Part shown: positions 21,314 to 31,328 of the stretch, one piece after another
How positions within the stretch are numbered: the stretch's first letter is position 1
Layout: each line of letters opens with the position of its first letter
Source of the DNA: Halobacteriovoraceae bacterium
GTDB taxonomy: Bacteria > Bdellovibrionota > Bacteriovoracia > Bacteriovoracales > Bacteriovoracaceae
NCBI GenBank assembly: GCA_963719505.1
Contig: CAVRCF010000001.1
Location: forward strand, 800,001 to 864,000
Direction: 5' to 3'
Length of the DNA: 64,000 nt
Made by a program: the position numbers and the translations under genes
The notes under the pieces: model-generated
The model's database searches: none
What the model saw: only the letters and a program-made list of their open reading frames with translations
Told to the model about the DNA's origin: nothing

Positions 21314-21558
21314 AAAATATAATTAGAGTTGAAGCTTTTGAGTACTATCTTGAGTGTGAAATGGATAACGGAGATATTTTTAGATTTGATATGTCATTTG
21401 TTCTTAGTAGTGAAGGGGAGATGCTTCAAGCTCTAAAAGATAAATCTTTTTTTAAAAAAGTATTTATAGAAATGGGCGCGATTACTTGGCCCAACGGCTA
21501 TGATATACATGCTGACACTATTATAGCTGATGGTGAGTTAATAAAGAGTGCATCTTAA
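21310..21558 (+). CDS. DUF2442 protein (putative antitoxin partner)
   Basis: ITWPNGYDI motif; overlaps the DUF4160 stop codon. Confidence 0.8.
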   Translation: MKNIIRVEAFEYYLECEMDNGDIFRFDMSFVLSSEGEMLQALKDKSFFKKVFIEMGAITWPNGYDIHADTIIADGELIKSAS

Positions 21559-21584
21559 AATATTAATATAACAAAGGATTAAAC

Positions 21585-22898
21585 ATGAAAATATCAGTAA
21601 TAGGAACAGGCTATGTAGGCTTGGTCACAGGAACTTGTTTTGCCGAAATGGGAAACAAAATAACATGCATCGATATCGATGCTTCTAAAGTTGAGAGCAT
21701 GAAAGCTGGAAAGTGTCCGATCTATGAGCCGGGTCTTGAGCCAATGATGCAAAGAAACTTTGAAGAGGGACGTCTTCAATTTTCAACATCTAATGAATCA
21801 ATTAAAGATTCTGCAGCAGTATTTATGGCCGTGGGAACTCCAAGTGGAGATGATGGATCTGCCGATCTGCAATACGTTTATAAAGCTCTCGATGATCTTA
21901 TTCCTATGATCACAGATGGACTTATTGTGGTTTTAAAATCCACAGTGCCTATTGGAACTGGTGAAAACGTTAAAAAATATCTTAGTGAAAAAACTTCAAA
22001 GAAGGTCGTCGTTGTGAATAACCCTGAATTTTTAAAAGAGGGTTCCGCTGTCCAAGATTTTATGAAACCGGAAAGAGTTATCATTGGAACGGATGATGAC
22101 AAAGCTTGGAGTGTAATGGAAGAGTTATACGAGCCGTTTAACCGTCTAAGTGGAAGAACAATTCGAATGAGTAATCTTTCTGCTGAGATGACTAAATATG
22201 CGGCGAACTGCTTTCTTGCCACAAAAATATCTTTCATGAATGAGATAGCAAGGCTTTGTGATAAAACAGGTGCAGATGTGACTGAGGTTCGCCACGGAAT
22301 TTCAACGGATTCAAGAATTGGGATGCAGTTTTTATACCCGGGACCAGGATACGGTGGATCTTGTTTTCCAAAAGATGTTAAGGCCCTGGCCTATACAGCG
22401 AAACAGCACGGTATGACGCTTAAGCTGGTGGAAACAACAGAAGAAGTAAATGCTGAGCAAAAACTTTATATGTTTGAAAAAATGAAAAATCATTTTGGAG
22501 ATCTTAAAGGAAAGACCATTGCTATTTGGGGAGTTGCCTTTAAAGCGAATACTGATGATATCAGAGAGACCCCCGCAATCTATACTGTTAAGGCCCTAAA
22601 CGAAGCTGGAGCAAAGGTGAGATTCTTTGATCCTGTGGCCGATGATAACTTTGAAATTTATGCCAAAGAGAATTCTTTTGACGCGGTAAAAGTTGAAAAT
22701 AAGTATGACTGTCTCGATGGTGCAGATGCCCTTTGTGTTCTGACTGAGTGGAAAGAGTTTAGAGCTCCTGATTTTGATGAGATGAAATCAAGACTTAAAG
22801 CCCCACTGGTTTTTGATGGTCGAAACCTTTATAAGACCAGTCATATGCTGGAAGATGGATTTACTTATTATGCGGTAGGGAAGAGAATTAACAAATAA
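21585..22898 (+). CDS. ugd: UDP-glucose 6-dehydrogenase
   Basis: IGTGYVGL, NPEFLKEG and GYGGSCFPKD motifs. Confidence 0.95.
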   Translation: MKISVIGTGYVGLVTGTCFAEMGNKITCIDIDASKVESMKAGKCPIYEPGLEPMMQRNFEEGRLQFSTSNESIKDSAAVFMAVGTPSGDDGSADLQYVYKALDDLIPMITDGLIVVLKSTVPIGTGENVKKYLSEKTSKKVVVVNNPEFLKEGSAVQDFMKPERVIIGTDDDKAWSVMEELYEPFNRLSGRTIRMSNLSAEMTKYAANCFLATKISFMNEIARLCDKTGADVTEVRHGISTDSRIGMQFLYPGPGYGGSCFPKDVKALAYTAKQHGMTLKLVETTEEVNAEQKLYMFEKMKNHFGDLKGKTIAIWGVAFKANTDDIRETPAIYTVKALNEAGAKVRFFDPVADDNFEIYAKENSFDAVKVENKYDCLDGADALCVLTEWKEFRAPDFDEMKSRLKAPLVFDGRNLYKTSHMLEDGFTYYAVGKRINK

Positions 22899-22960
22899 TT
22901 CCGATTTCAGAAGACCTTTATTCCATTTGCGGGATTAAACATTCAAAATATTAATAACTT

Positions 22961-22991
22961 AGGCCAGATATACTCTGGCCTTTTTATTGCT
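22961..22991 (+). promoter_or_regulatory. ugd terminator hairpin overlapping a sigma54-type -24/-12 promoter for the lipoprotein gene
   Basis: AGGCCAGA/TCTGGCCT stem plus T run; TGGCCTTTTTATTGCT (22976-22991) has GG-N10-GC spacing. Confidence 0.55.
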
Positions 22992-23026
22992 TAAACCTTT
23001 GGATACAAAACAACAAAGGGGAAACG

Positions 23027-26008
23027 ATGAAAAAGTTAATAACGACAAGTCTCATTATGCTGAGTGTATTCAGCTGTGGACAAAAGGGCGATTCAGGTCA
23101 ATCTGATTCCGTGCTTACTCAAAATCTAGAAGAGGCATCAGGCAACAAACCAAACTATTCACATCTTGATCTTTATAGTTTTAGTAATAATCTAAAAAAG
23201 CCACTTAAAGCTGATCTCAGATACATGCAGTATCAAGATCGAAAGAGTAAGGGCGTTGAGAGTCTTAATCATATCTCTCCTGAAGGAGGAATAAAAGATG
23301 TCTCGATTAGTGGTCTTAAAGTTATTATCAAAAAAGATGACCCCCAAGGCTTATATAAAAAGCTCTATCAAAGATCTGATCTTAAAAGCCTCTCAATTGA
23401 TGCCGAAACTATTGAGATTCATGATCCCATTCATCTCGCACAAACGGATATTACTCTCACAGCGAAAAAAATTATCTTCATAGGAGCGGGCTCTATTAAT
23501 ACGACACCTCTTGATTCAATAGCTCTGAGAGCACCTCAGTTTAAAGATGGTGTCGATGGCTTAGATGCAGGATCTATTTACGTGCATGCCGATGAGATTG
23601 TAGAGGATAAGAAGAGCGTGAGATTTATTGCCAATGGTGGTAAAGGTCAGGGAGCCGGACCTGGACAAGCTGGAAGAAGAGGGACCAATGCCGTTTTAAA
23701 ACACGGATACTACAAGTACACAAGTCATGTCTGTCATCCAGGAACAAATACGAATATTTGTTTTGATGAAGTAGAGCGAGGGAGTCCTTCTGGAAATGGC
23801 CAAAATGCCATTGTTGGTGGGAAGCCAGGAGAGGGAGGACAAGCCGGGAAGATATATATAAATAAGAACTTTAGTATCGCCGCAACTCAAACCGGAGGTG
23901 TGGCAGGAAACACAGATTCTTTGCGACTTGGTGGTGCTCCTGGTTCGCCGGTGACGACTTGTGCAGCAAAGTTTAAACGTAGAAGAGTGAGGTCCTATGA
24001 TTGTATAACAGCGATTGGAGGCGCTTCAGCGATGCCAATAAAGGCAAAGAGACCTTGGGCTTTTGATAAAAAAATTCAGATTAAAAGAACAAAAGCTTCT
24101 TGGATAAGTTCTGCTATTACACCTTTTCAATATAAATATATCGAGGACCTTTATAAGGCCGGTTATCTTAGTTCATCACAAAGTGAAATCTCGAGCTTAA
24201 AAAATACTATCACAAAAAATGTAACAGGAATGGAGACGAAGGCTTTGCAGCAAAAGCTTACAAAGCTATCTAATCAGATGGATATGCGACTGGATTTTTA
24301 TGGAAATAAAAAAACCTGGGTTCCAAACCTTGGCTTTGAAGTTAACTATATGCTTTTTAAAAATGAAGTAAAAAGAAATATTGAAGTTCTCTATCTGGCC
24401 AACTCTATGTCTATTGATCTTGAAAAAGAACAGATGAATATTCAAACGATTAAGGAGCTTCAAAGTGAACTCTTTGAAAATATCGATGCCGAGAAAAAAG
24501 AAATTGATAAAACAATTGATGATATCGTTGCAACCAATGAGGCGCTTGGAGAATTAAAGACGGCTGAAGAGGAATTTCACTATCAGTTAAAGGAAGTTGA
24601 AAGACAAATTAAAGCGAAGGCCAAAAGAAATATAAAAGTGCCTTTTATGGATAAAGCCGTAAAGGTTTTTGCAGCAGCTTCCAAAGTAATTCCTGTAGGA
24701 CAGCCGGCTCTTGGTGCTGTTGGGATGGGAGTTGAATTTTTCCACAATGCCACAAATGGAAGTATGAGCGCCGGTGAAATCCTTCAACAAGCTCCTTCAA
24801 TGTATGGACAATTCCAAGAACTCGACTGGAAGGCCACGACAAAAGAGATTCATGAAAAACTGGATGAACTGTCTTTATCTCATCTTGAGGGAATGGACTC
24901 TTGGGAAGAGAGAGGAAAGCATTTAAAAAAGATCGTTGATTTTTCAAGCCCAGTTTTTAAAGCTGTTGCCAGTCAGATGAGTCAGTGGAAAGAGATGGAG
25001 GGAGGATCAAAGCTTGATCGTGAAATCGCAAAAATAAAAAGCTCTCATAAAATGTACAGAAAAGTTATTGAAGCTCTAGAGAACTTAAATTTAAAGAAGA
25101 CACTTTTTAAAGACCGAGTGATCGATTTTCAAAGCTCTATGTCAGATGCTTTGACATCTATTACTGTTAATTACTCAGCACTGGCCTATTCATTTGAGGA
25201 TATTGAAACCATTAGTATTGAGAGAAAAAGAGATTATATGAGTGCACTTGATGAAGTTAAAAGCCTCGCCTCAAAATCTCTTCACTATTATGGGTATCTT
25301 CTTGAAAAGTCTTATGAGTATCGCCTGCTAAAGGACTATAAAAGTAAATTTAACCTAGATATTTTAACGGATGAGATTTTAAATTTAATTAAAACCGGAG
25401 CTGGAAATAGCGTGAATAATATTGAGTCTCTTGAAGTGATCTATAATGCTAAGCTGACTGAGATTACCAACGAACTTTTACACGTTTACAATGATAGTAG
25501 CGCCGCTCAAACCATGTCTAAAGAAGTCAGCCTCACTGTGGAGGAGATCAACTCCCTCAATAATGGTCAAGCGATCTATCTGGATACCACACAAGCAAAC
25601 TTCTTTGGAGAAGATAAAGAGAATATTAGGCTGCTTGACCTAGAGGTAGAGTCTATAAAAAGTAGTGGTACTCATGCACAAATTGAAGTTTCAATGAGTC
25701 ATAGTGGAAGATCGGTGATCGATCAAAACTCTGTAAACTTTGTCTTTGACTTTCATCATCCGAAAACAAATTCTGCTCTCAACTGGAGATCGGTCTATAA
25801 CCCTTGGGCAAATACCTATTATCACTCTGAAATAAGTGCTAATGATGAGTCCCTTCTTAGAAATCTGCTAGATTTGGACTCAGGAAATAGTCAGCTCTTT
25901 ATCAGTCCTGGAGCGAGGACCTTTATCAAAGTCGAGCTCAATAAGAGCGAACAAACAAAGATTAACTCGATGCGTATTAGGATGGATTATTCATACAGAA
26001 TTAAGTAA
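23027..26008 (+). CDS. Large lipoprotein (993 aa) with Gly-rich repeats, long coiled coils and a central hydrophobic hairpin
   Basis: Lipobox VFS-C17; GGxG repeats; heptad-like regions; strong SD (AAAGGGG). Confidence 0.75.
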   Translation: MKKLITTSLIMLSVFSCGQKGDSGQSDSVLTQNLEEASGNKPNYSHLDLYSFSNNLKKPLKADLRYMQYQDRKSKGVESLNHISPEGGIKDVSISGLKVIIKKDDPQGLYKKLYQRSDLKSLSIDAETIEIHDPIHLAQTDITLTAKKIIFIGAGSINTTPLDSIALRAPQFKDGVDGLDAGSIYVHADEIVEDKKSVRFIANGGKGQGAGPGQAGRRGTNAVLKHGYYKYTSHVCHPGTNTNICFDEVERGSPSGNGQNAIVGGKPGEGGQAGKIYINKNFSIAATQTGGVAGNTDSLRLGGAPGSPVTTCAAKFKRRRVRSYDCITAIGGASAMPIKAKRPWAFDKKIQIKRTKASWISSAITPFQYKYIEDLYKAGYLSSSQSEISSLKNTITKNVTGMETKALQQKLTKLSNQMDMRLDFYGNKKTWVPNLGFEVNYMLFKNEVKRNIEVLYLANSMSIDLEKEQMNIQTIKELQSELFENIDAEKKEIDKTIDDIVATNEALGELKTAEEEFHYQLKEVERQIKAKAKRNIKVPFMDKAVKVFAAASKVIPVGQPALGAVGMGVEFFHNATNGSMSAGEILQQAPSMYGQFQELDWKATTKEIHEKLDELSLSHLEGMDSWEERGKHLKKIVDFSSPVFKAVASQMSQWKEMEGGSKLDREIAKIKSSHKMYRKVIEALENLNLKKTLFKDRVIDFQSSMSDALTSITVNYSALAYSFEDIETISIERKRDYMSALDEVKSLASKSLHYYGYLLEKSYEYRLLKDYKSKFNLDILTDEILNLIKTGAGNSVNNIESLEVIYNAKLTEITNELLHVYNDSSAAQTMSKEVSLTVEEINSLNNGQAIYLDTTQANFFGEDKENIRLLDLEVESIKSSGTHAQIEVSMSHSGRSVIDQNSVNFVFDFHHPKTNSALNWRSVYNPWANTYYHSEISANDESLLRNLLDLDSGNSQLFISPGARTFIKVELNKSEQTKINSMRIRMDYSYRIK

Positions 26009-26013
26009 GGTTG

Positions 26014-26038
26014 GGTCCCACAAACGTGGGGCTTTTTT
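26014..26038 (+). terminator. Intrinsic terminator
   Basis: GGTCCCAC-AAAC-GTGGGGCT followed by a T run. Confidence 0.7.
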
Positions 26039-26118
26039 CATTTTACCCCAGCGGTTATTAGACTTCTTTTTCTCAAATTGGTATTAATAAGGTGTCTAAA
26101 ACATAAGGATATACCGCT

Positions 26119-27522
26119 ATGCATACTGAAGTGCAAAAATCTCTTTTTCTAGAAGTTGTCACTCTTATTGAAAACTATTTTGATGAAAATAAAACGTCAA
26201 ATGTTGTGAATTACATTAAAGGCACTGAACTCAAAAAACAGCTAGACCTTAAGATCACAGATTCTGGAATCGATTCAACTGAACTCATTTCTGAAATTAA
26301 AAAATATTTAAAATACACGCCTAGAACAAGTCATCCTCAATTCGCCAATCAACTCTCTGGTGGTTATCAATTTGAGGCGATGCTTGGAGAGCTGATCTCT
26401 TTTGTTGGCAATAACACCATGGCCACTTATGAGGTCTCGCCTGTTGCTTCTTTAATTGAGGCTGAGTTAGTAAAACTTATCAATGACATTATTGGAATTA
26501 AAGACGGTGATGGCATTATGCTCACAGGTGGAAGTAATGCCAATTTAATGGCCATCCACTGTGCTCGTGAAAAAAAGTTTCCCGATGTAAAACGAAAAGG
26601 AAATCAAGGTCTTGATCTTTGTCTTTTCGTTTCTAGTGAAGCTCATTACTCCCATAAAAAAGCTATGATGGTCATGGGACTTGGCTTGGATAATCTCATT
26701 ATGGTTGAAACTGATGAGTCAGGAAAAATGCTAGCTTCAGATTTAGATAAAAAAATTGAAGCTTCAAAAGATGCTGGTAAAACGCCTTTAATTGTCTGCT
26801 CAACCGCTGGAACGACTGTTCTTGGGGCTTTTGATCCCATCGATGAAATCGATGTCGTTTGTAAAAAGCATAATCTTTGGCACCATGTGGACGGCGCATG
26901 GGGTGGGGCAGTGATGTTCTCTCCTAAATATAAAGCTCTTATGAAGGGAATTCAAAACGTTGACTCCTACACCTTTGATGCTCATAAGCTTATGGGATCA
27001 GGACTCATCACTTCATTTTTTACAACGAGACACCCCGATATTTTAAAACTTGCCAACTCCGGTGGTGGAAGTCAGTACATCTTTCATGAATACGAAAACG
27101 CGCAGTTTGATACTGGTCGAAAATCACTTCAGTGTGGACGAAAAGTTGATGCCCTTAAATTTTGGCTTCAGTGGAAATCAAAGGGGCATACGGGGTTAGC
27201 AAAATTTGTTGAAGATCAATATGAGAAACAAAATTATATGGTCAAAAAAATTGAGGAGCATCCAAGATTAAAACTTGTTGCTCACCCTGAGTATCTCAAT
27301 GTTTGTTTTCAAGTGATCCCAAAAGATGAGTCGAAAGATATTAATGAATATAATCTCGACCTCAGAAGTCGTCTGGTGAAAGAGGGAAAGATGTTAACAA
27401 ACTTTTCTCGTTTTAAAGATGGGACAATCTTTTTTCGCCATATCTTTGCCAATAATATAACGACAAATGAGCACACCGACGCTTTACTCAATCATTTACT
27501 TAACGATCTTAAAAAGGAATAG
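26119..27522 (+). CDS. Group II PLP-dependent decarboxylase (GAD/CSAD/ADC-like)
   Basis: HPQFANQL, GGSNAN, AHYSHKK, HVDGAWGG, DAHK (PLP Lys) and QCGRKVDALKFW motifs. Confidence 0.88.
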   Translation: MHTEVQKSLFLEVVTLIENYFDENKTSNVVNYIKGTELKKQLDLKITDSGIDSTELISEIKKYLKYTPRTSHPQFANQLSGGYQFEAMLGELISFVGNNTMATYEVSPVASLIEAELVKLINDIIGIKDGDGIMLTGGSNANLMAIHCAREKKFPDVKRKGNQGLDLCLFVSSEAHYSHKKAMMVMGLGLDNLIMVETDESGKMLASDLDKKIEASKDAGKTPLIVCSTAGTTVLGAFDPIDEIDVVCKKHNLWHHVDGAWGGAVMFSPKYKALMKGIQNVDSYTFDAHKLMGSGLITSFFTTRHPDILKLANSGGGSQYIFHEYENAQFDTGRKSLQCGRKVDALKFWLQWKSKGHTGLAKFVEDQYEKQNYMVKKIEEHPRLKLVAHPEYLNVCFQVIPKDESKDINEYNLDLRSRLVKEGKMLTNFSRFKDGTIFFRHIFANNITTNEHTDALLNHLLNDLKKE

Positions 27523-27524
27523 AT

Positions 27525-29120
27525 ATGAAAATCTTTTTAGTGGCTCTAATGTGCTTTCAGGCTCACGCAAGCTTTCTTGTGAAAAGAACAATTGAAAATG
27601 GAAAGACCAAGGTCATCAGTACAAAAAAACTAGAAAGAGAGGCAAAAAAGACAAAGATCTTAAAAAATATTAGAGAGTCTATTTCAGAGAAGGAAAAGAC
27701 AAAAGATATCATTTATCAAGAGGTCATCTATCCCAATCACCTTTTACCTAAAGGGTATGAGGATTATATCAAAGAGAATAAGTCTTCTTGGCCAGATTCT
27801 GAAATAAGAGACATCGTAAAAACGGGTAATGATAATAATAGAATCACCATTACTATTTTAGGCGATGGTTACACTTTGTCTGAAAAAGAGAAGTTCTTCT
27901 CCGATGTGAAAAGAATGGTTAAAGATATGTTTCAAGAGGTGACGTTTAAATCCTACCTCAACCTTTTTAATATTTATGCGATTTTTACTCCAAGTGAGGA
28001 AAGCGGAATTTCTGATCTAACCACAAAAAGAACGGCCTTTGATCTATATAGAAGTCCTAGAGGTTCTAAGCGCGGTATCATGCCGGGCAATAGATCTGCG
28101 ATTGAAAAGGCTTTAAACCTTATTTCTGCTAATACTGATTATCCAATCATCATCGCCAATGATGACTTTTATGGAGGTCTGGGGGGAAGGTATGCCATCA
28201 CGACTAGAAGTCTAACTTCAGGCTCAATGGTTCTTCGCCATGAACTTGGACACAACTTCTCAAATGTTGGTGAAGAGTACGACGGAGGCCAAGTTTATTC
28301 CGGCGCAAATTTTTCTCGAACATCAAATGTTCCTTGGTCCCACTGGGTAGAGGGGAAACTTTCAGTTAATGATTCAAAGTTTTTGACAGGCTCTTATGTT
28401 TGGCAAGATTTAGGTGAGAAGGACTTTGAAATTGATTTTAATTTCCCAAGCGGAGAGGGCTATTCCTATGATCTACAATTAAGCTCAGTTGGTTGGGAGA
28501 GTAAAGATGACGTTTCAATTTTCTTAGATGGAACGAAATTAGAACTAGATGGAGATTTTACAATTGATAGAAGCTTCTTTCAAACAGTGATGACTCCTCT
28601 TTCAACTGGCTTTCATAAGCTGCAAATTAAAGACAATAATAGGGACGGAAATAATGTTTTGGCCTTCGCCAATGGATATGCCTATCCAAAAGAATACAAT
28701 TTCACGCCTAATCTTGTCGGTGCTTTTAATGTTTTTCGCGACGGGGGAAGTAAGGCCGGCTATAGACCTACGGATAATCAGTGTTTAATGAGAGAGATGA
28801 AAAGCAAGGTTTTTTGCTCGGTTGATCAAGAAAATATTTGGTTTAAATTTTTAGATCGTATCTCTTTAATAGATGAGTTAAATGTCTCTGGGTCTGTTCA
28901 CTCTTTAAAGCTTCTGGATATTGAGACGATTTCAATTAAGTGGTTTAAAAAAGAGGGATGGAGCACAGTCTCTGAGATTGTTGAATTAAGAGACAAGCTT
29001 GTGGTGGATCTCTCTCAATATGGCAAAGGTAAGTACGAAGTTCACGCGGAACTCACCCATCCAGAAATAAGAAAGAAAACTGATTCAACGAAAGACATTA
29101 AAGAATTTAAAATAAGGTAG
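27525..29120 (+). CDS. Secreted M64 (IgA-peptidase-like) metallopeptidase
   Basis: Signal peptide; ILGDGYT, YGGLGG, HELGHNFSNVGEEY and YRPTDNQCLMR motifs. Confidence 0.85.
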   Translation: MKIFLVALMCFQAHASFLVKRTIENGKTKVISTKKLEREAKKTKILKNIRESISEKEKTKDIIYQEVIYPNHLLPKGYEDYIKENKSSWPDSEIRDIVKTGNDNNRITITILGDGYTLSEKEKFFSDVKRMVKDMFQEVTFKSYLNLFNIYAIFTPSEESGISDLTTKRTAFDLYRSPRGSKRGIMPGNRSAIEKALNLISANTDYPIIIANDDFYGGLGGRYAITTRSLTSGSMVLRHELGHNFSNVGEEYDGGQVYSGANFSRTSNVPWSHWVEGKLSVNDSKFLTGSYVWQDLGEKDFEIDFNFPSGEGYSYDLQLSSVGWESKDDVSIFLDGTKLELDGDFTIDRSFFQTVMTPLSTGFHKLQIKDNNRDGNNVLAFANGYAYPKEYNFTPNLVGAFNVFRDGGSKAGYRPTDNQCLMREMKSKVFCSVDQENIWFKFLDRISLIDELNVSGSVHSLKLLDIETISIKWFKKEGWSTVSEIVELRDKLVVDLSQYGKGKYEVHAELTHPEIRKKTDSTKDIKEFKIR

Positions 29121-29123
29121 AAA

Positions 29124-30323
29124 ATGAAAATTTTAATTTTACTTATTCCCTTTTTCGCTTTTGGATCTGTTACTCAGAACAATTATCCCTGGGCAATACA
29201 TTGTTAAGGGGTCTCAGTTTATTGTCGGTCAAAAGCTTCGAGATCTTGGAGACGATGTCTTTTTAATTAAAACCAAAGATAAGATTAAAGTTGATAATAT
29301 AAATGTCTTTTATAATTTCCAATATAGTGGAGAGTTTAAAGAATCAAAGATTGAATCCACTAAAAGTAATGATGCTCTATTGGGGGATCAAAAACACCAT
29401 CTTATGATCAAATCCCTTGAGGCTTGGAAGATTAGTCAGGGCAGTAAGAAAGATTATTGTTGCTGTTACGGATAATGAATTTGAAATGGATCACGATGAT
29501 TTAAAACATGCGTGGTGGAAAAATGAAAAAGAGATCCCTGGCAATGGAATCGATGACGATCAAAATGGATACGTTGACGATATTAATGGATGGGATTTTG
29601 TCACACAAGATAACGATCCCAATGTTGAAGAGGGACCAACTCATGGAACTCATGTCTCTGGAATTATTGCCGCTTCTTTAAATAATAAAATTGGCGTGGC
29701 CGGAATCGCACCAAATGTTTCGATTATGCCCCTTCGTTGGTACGGGGATGAGAGAAGTTGGAATACCGCTTTGGTGGTTGAGACTTATCGCTATGCCATT
29801 GAAAATGGAGCGAATATTATTAATACAAGTTATAATATCGATCCTTTAGTTGAGGATCCCGCTTATCTTAGACGTGATTCAATACGCGAAAAAAAATGAA
29901 GTCATTATTTTTAATTCTGCTGGAAATGATTATAAAAAAGATCCTCCCAGAGGTGTTGTCAAAGATATTGTTTTGGTTTGCTCTGTCAGAAGTTCTAAAG
30001 AGAGACATTTTGATAAGAAATCGAATTTTTCAAATTATGGTTCTGAAATAGATGTCTGCGCTCCAGGTGATCCTATTCTTTCAACAGTTCAGCGACGCTA
30101 TCTTGGGGAGAGTCGCTACGGTGAGCTTGAAGGCACCTCAATGTCCTCTCCAGTTGCTGCGGCAGTGGCGGCCTTAATTTGGTCTCACTTTCCAGAACTC
30201 ACGGCGTCTGGGGTGGTGAGGAAACTTTTAGATTCAGCTGATAATATAGATGAAAAAAATAAACGTAAATATAAAGGAATGCTTGGAAGCGGAAGAGTGA
30301 ATGCTCTGGAAGCTTTGAGATAG
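29124..30323 (+). pseudogene. S8 subtilase interrupted by three +1 frameshifts
   Basis: Signal peptide from ATG 29124 (MKILILLIPFFAFG); catalytic VAVTD, HGTHVSG and GTSMSSP, plus NSAGN; the reading frame shifts near 29175, 29450 and 29868. Confidence 0.85.
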
Positions 30324-30335
30324 AGGGATAAAAAA

Positions 30336-31328
30336 ATGAAAAAGATTTTAGTCACAGGTGGAGCTGGATATATTGGATCTCATGTTGTTAAGCAACTTGG
30401 TGAAGCCGGTTATGATGTGGTTGTTTATGATAATTTATCAACAGGTAATAAAAATGCTATTTTGTTTGGGGAACTTGTCGAAGGGGATCTTGAAGATCAT
30501 AAAAAACTCGATGACACTTTTGCTAAACATAAGTTTGATGGTGTGATGCACTTTGCTGGATCAATTGTTGTTCCAGAAAGTGTGGAAAAGCCCATTCTTT
30601 ATTATAAAAATAATACAGAAAATTCTCTAAATTTAATTAGTATGTGTGAAAAACATGGTGTCTCTAGTTTTATCTTCTCATCTACTGCAGCTGTTTATGG
30701 AGTGCCTGAAGGTGATGAAGCGAGTGAGGAGACCCCTACACTTCCTATTAATCCTTATGGTCAATCAAAACTTATGACTGAACATATGCTTAGAGACACT
30801 TCCTTTGCCAATGATAATTTTAACTATGTCGCTTTAAGATATTTCAATGTCTCAGGAGCAGATCCATCTGGAAAGATTGGACAGGCCTTTCCAGGGGCCA
30901 CTCATCTGATTAAAGTTAACTGCGAAGCCGCTGTTGGAAAGAGAGAGAAAACTTATATCTTTGGAACGGACTTTAATACTCCTGATGGAACGGGTGTTCG
31001 CGATTATATTCACGTGGTCGATCTTGCTGCGGCTCACTTAAAAGCGATTGAGTATCTGTTTGAGAATAAGAAGTCTCAGGTTCTCAATTGTGGTTATGGT
31101 CATGGGTTCTCAGTCAAAGAAGTGGTAAAGACTGTTAAAGCGGTAACAAAGAGTGACTATACAGTTATTGAAACTGATAGACGTGCAGGTGATCCAGCCA
31201 AACTTATTTCTCGAGCTTCTAAAATAAAAGAAGTTTTGGGATGGACACCAAAACATGATGATCTAGAATTTATTATTAAAACAGCTTTTGAATGGGAAGG
31301 CGGAGAGACTTATAAGTCTTGGAGTTAG
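30336..31328 (+). CDS. galE: UDP-glucose 4-epimerase
   Basis: VTGGAGYIGSH, FSSTAAVYG, YGQSK, LRYFN and DGTGVRDYIHVVDLA motifs. Confidence 0.95.
   Translation: MKKILVTGGAGYIGSHVVKQLGEAGYDVVVYDNLSTGNKNAILFGELVEGDLEDHKKLDDTFAKHKFDGVMHFAGSIVVPESVEKPILYYKNNTENSLNLISMCEKHGVSSFIFSSTAAVYGVPEGDEASEETPTLPINPYGQSKLMTEHMLRDTSFANDNFNYVALRYFNVSGADPSGKIGQAFPGATHLIKVNCEAAVGKREKTYIFGTDFNTPDGTGVRDYIHVVDLAAAHLKAIEYLFENKKSQVLNCGYGHGFSVKEVVKTVKAVTKSDYTVIETDRRAGDPAKLISRASKIKEVLGWTPKHDDLEFIIKTAFEWEGGETYKSWS

Noticed and set aside
23630-23960. Collagen triple-helix domain in the large lipoprotein
   Set aside because: The Gly-X-Y runs are short and interrupted; a polyglycine-type repeat fits better
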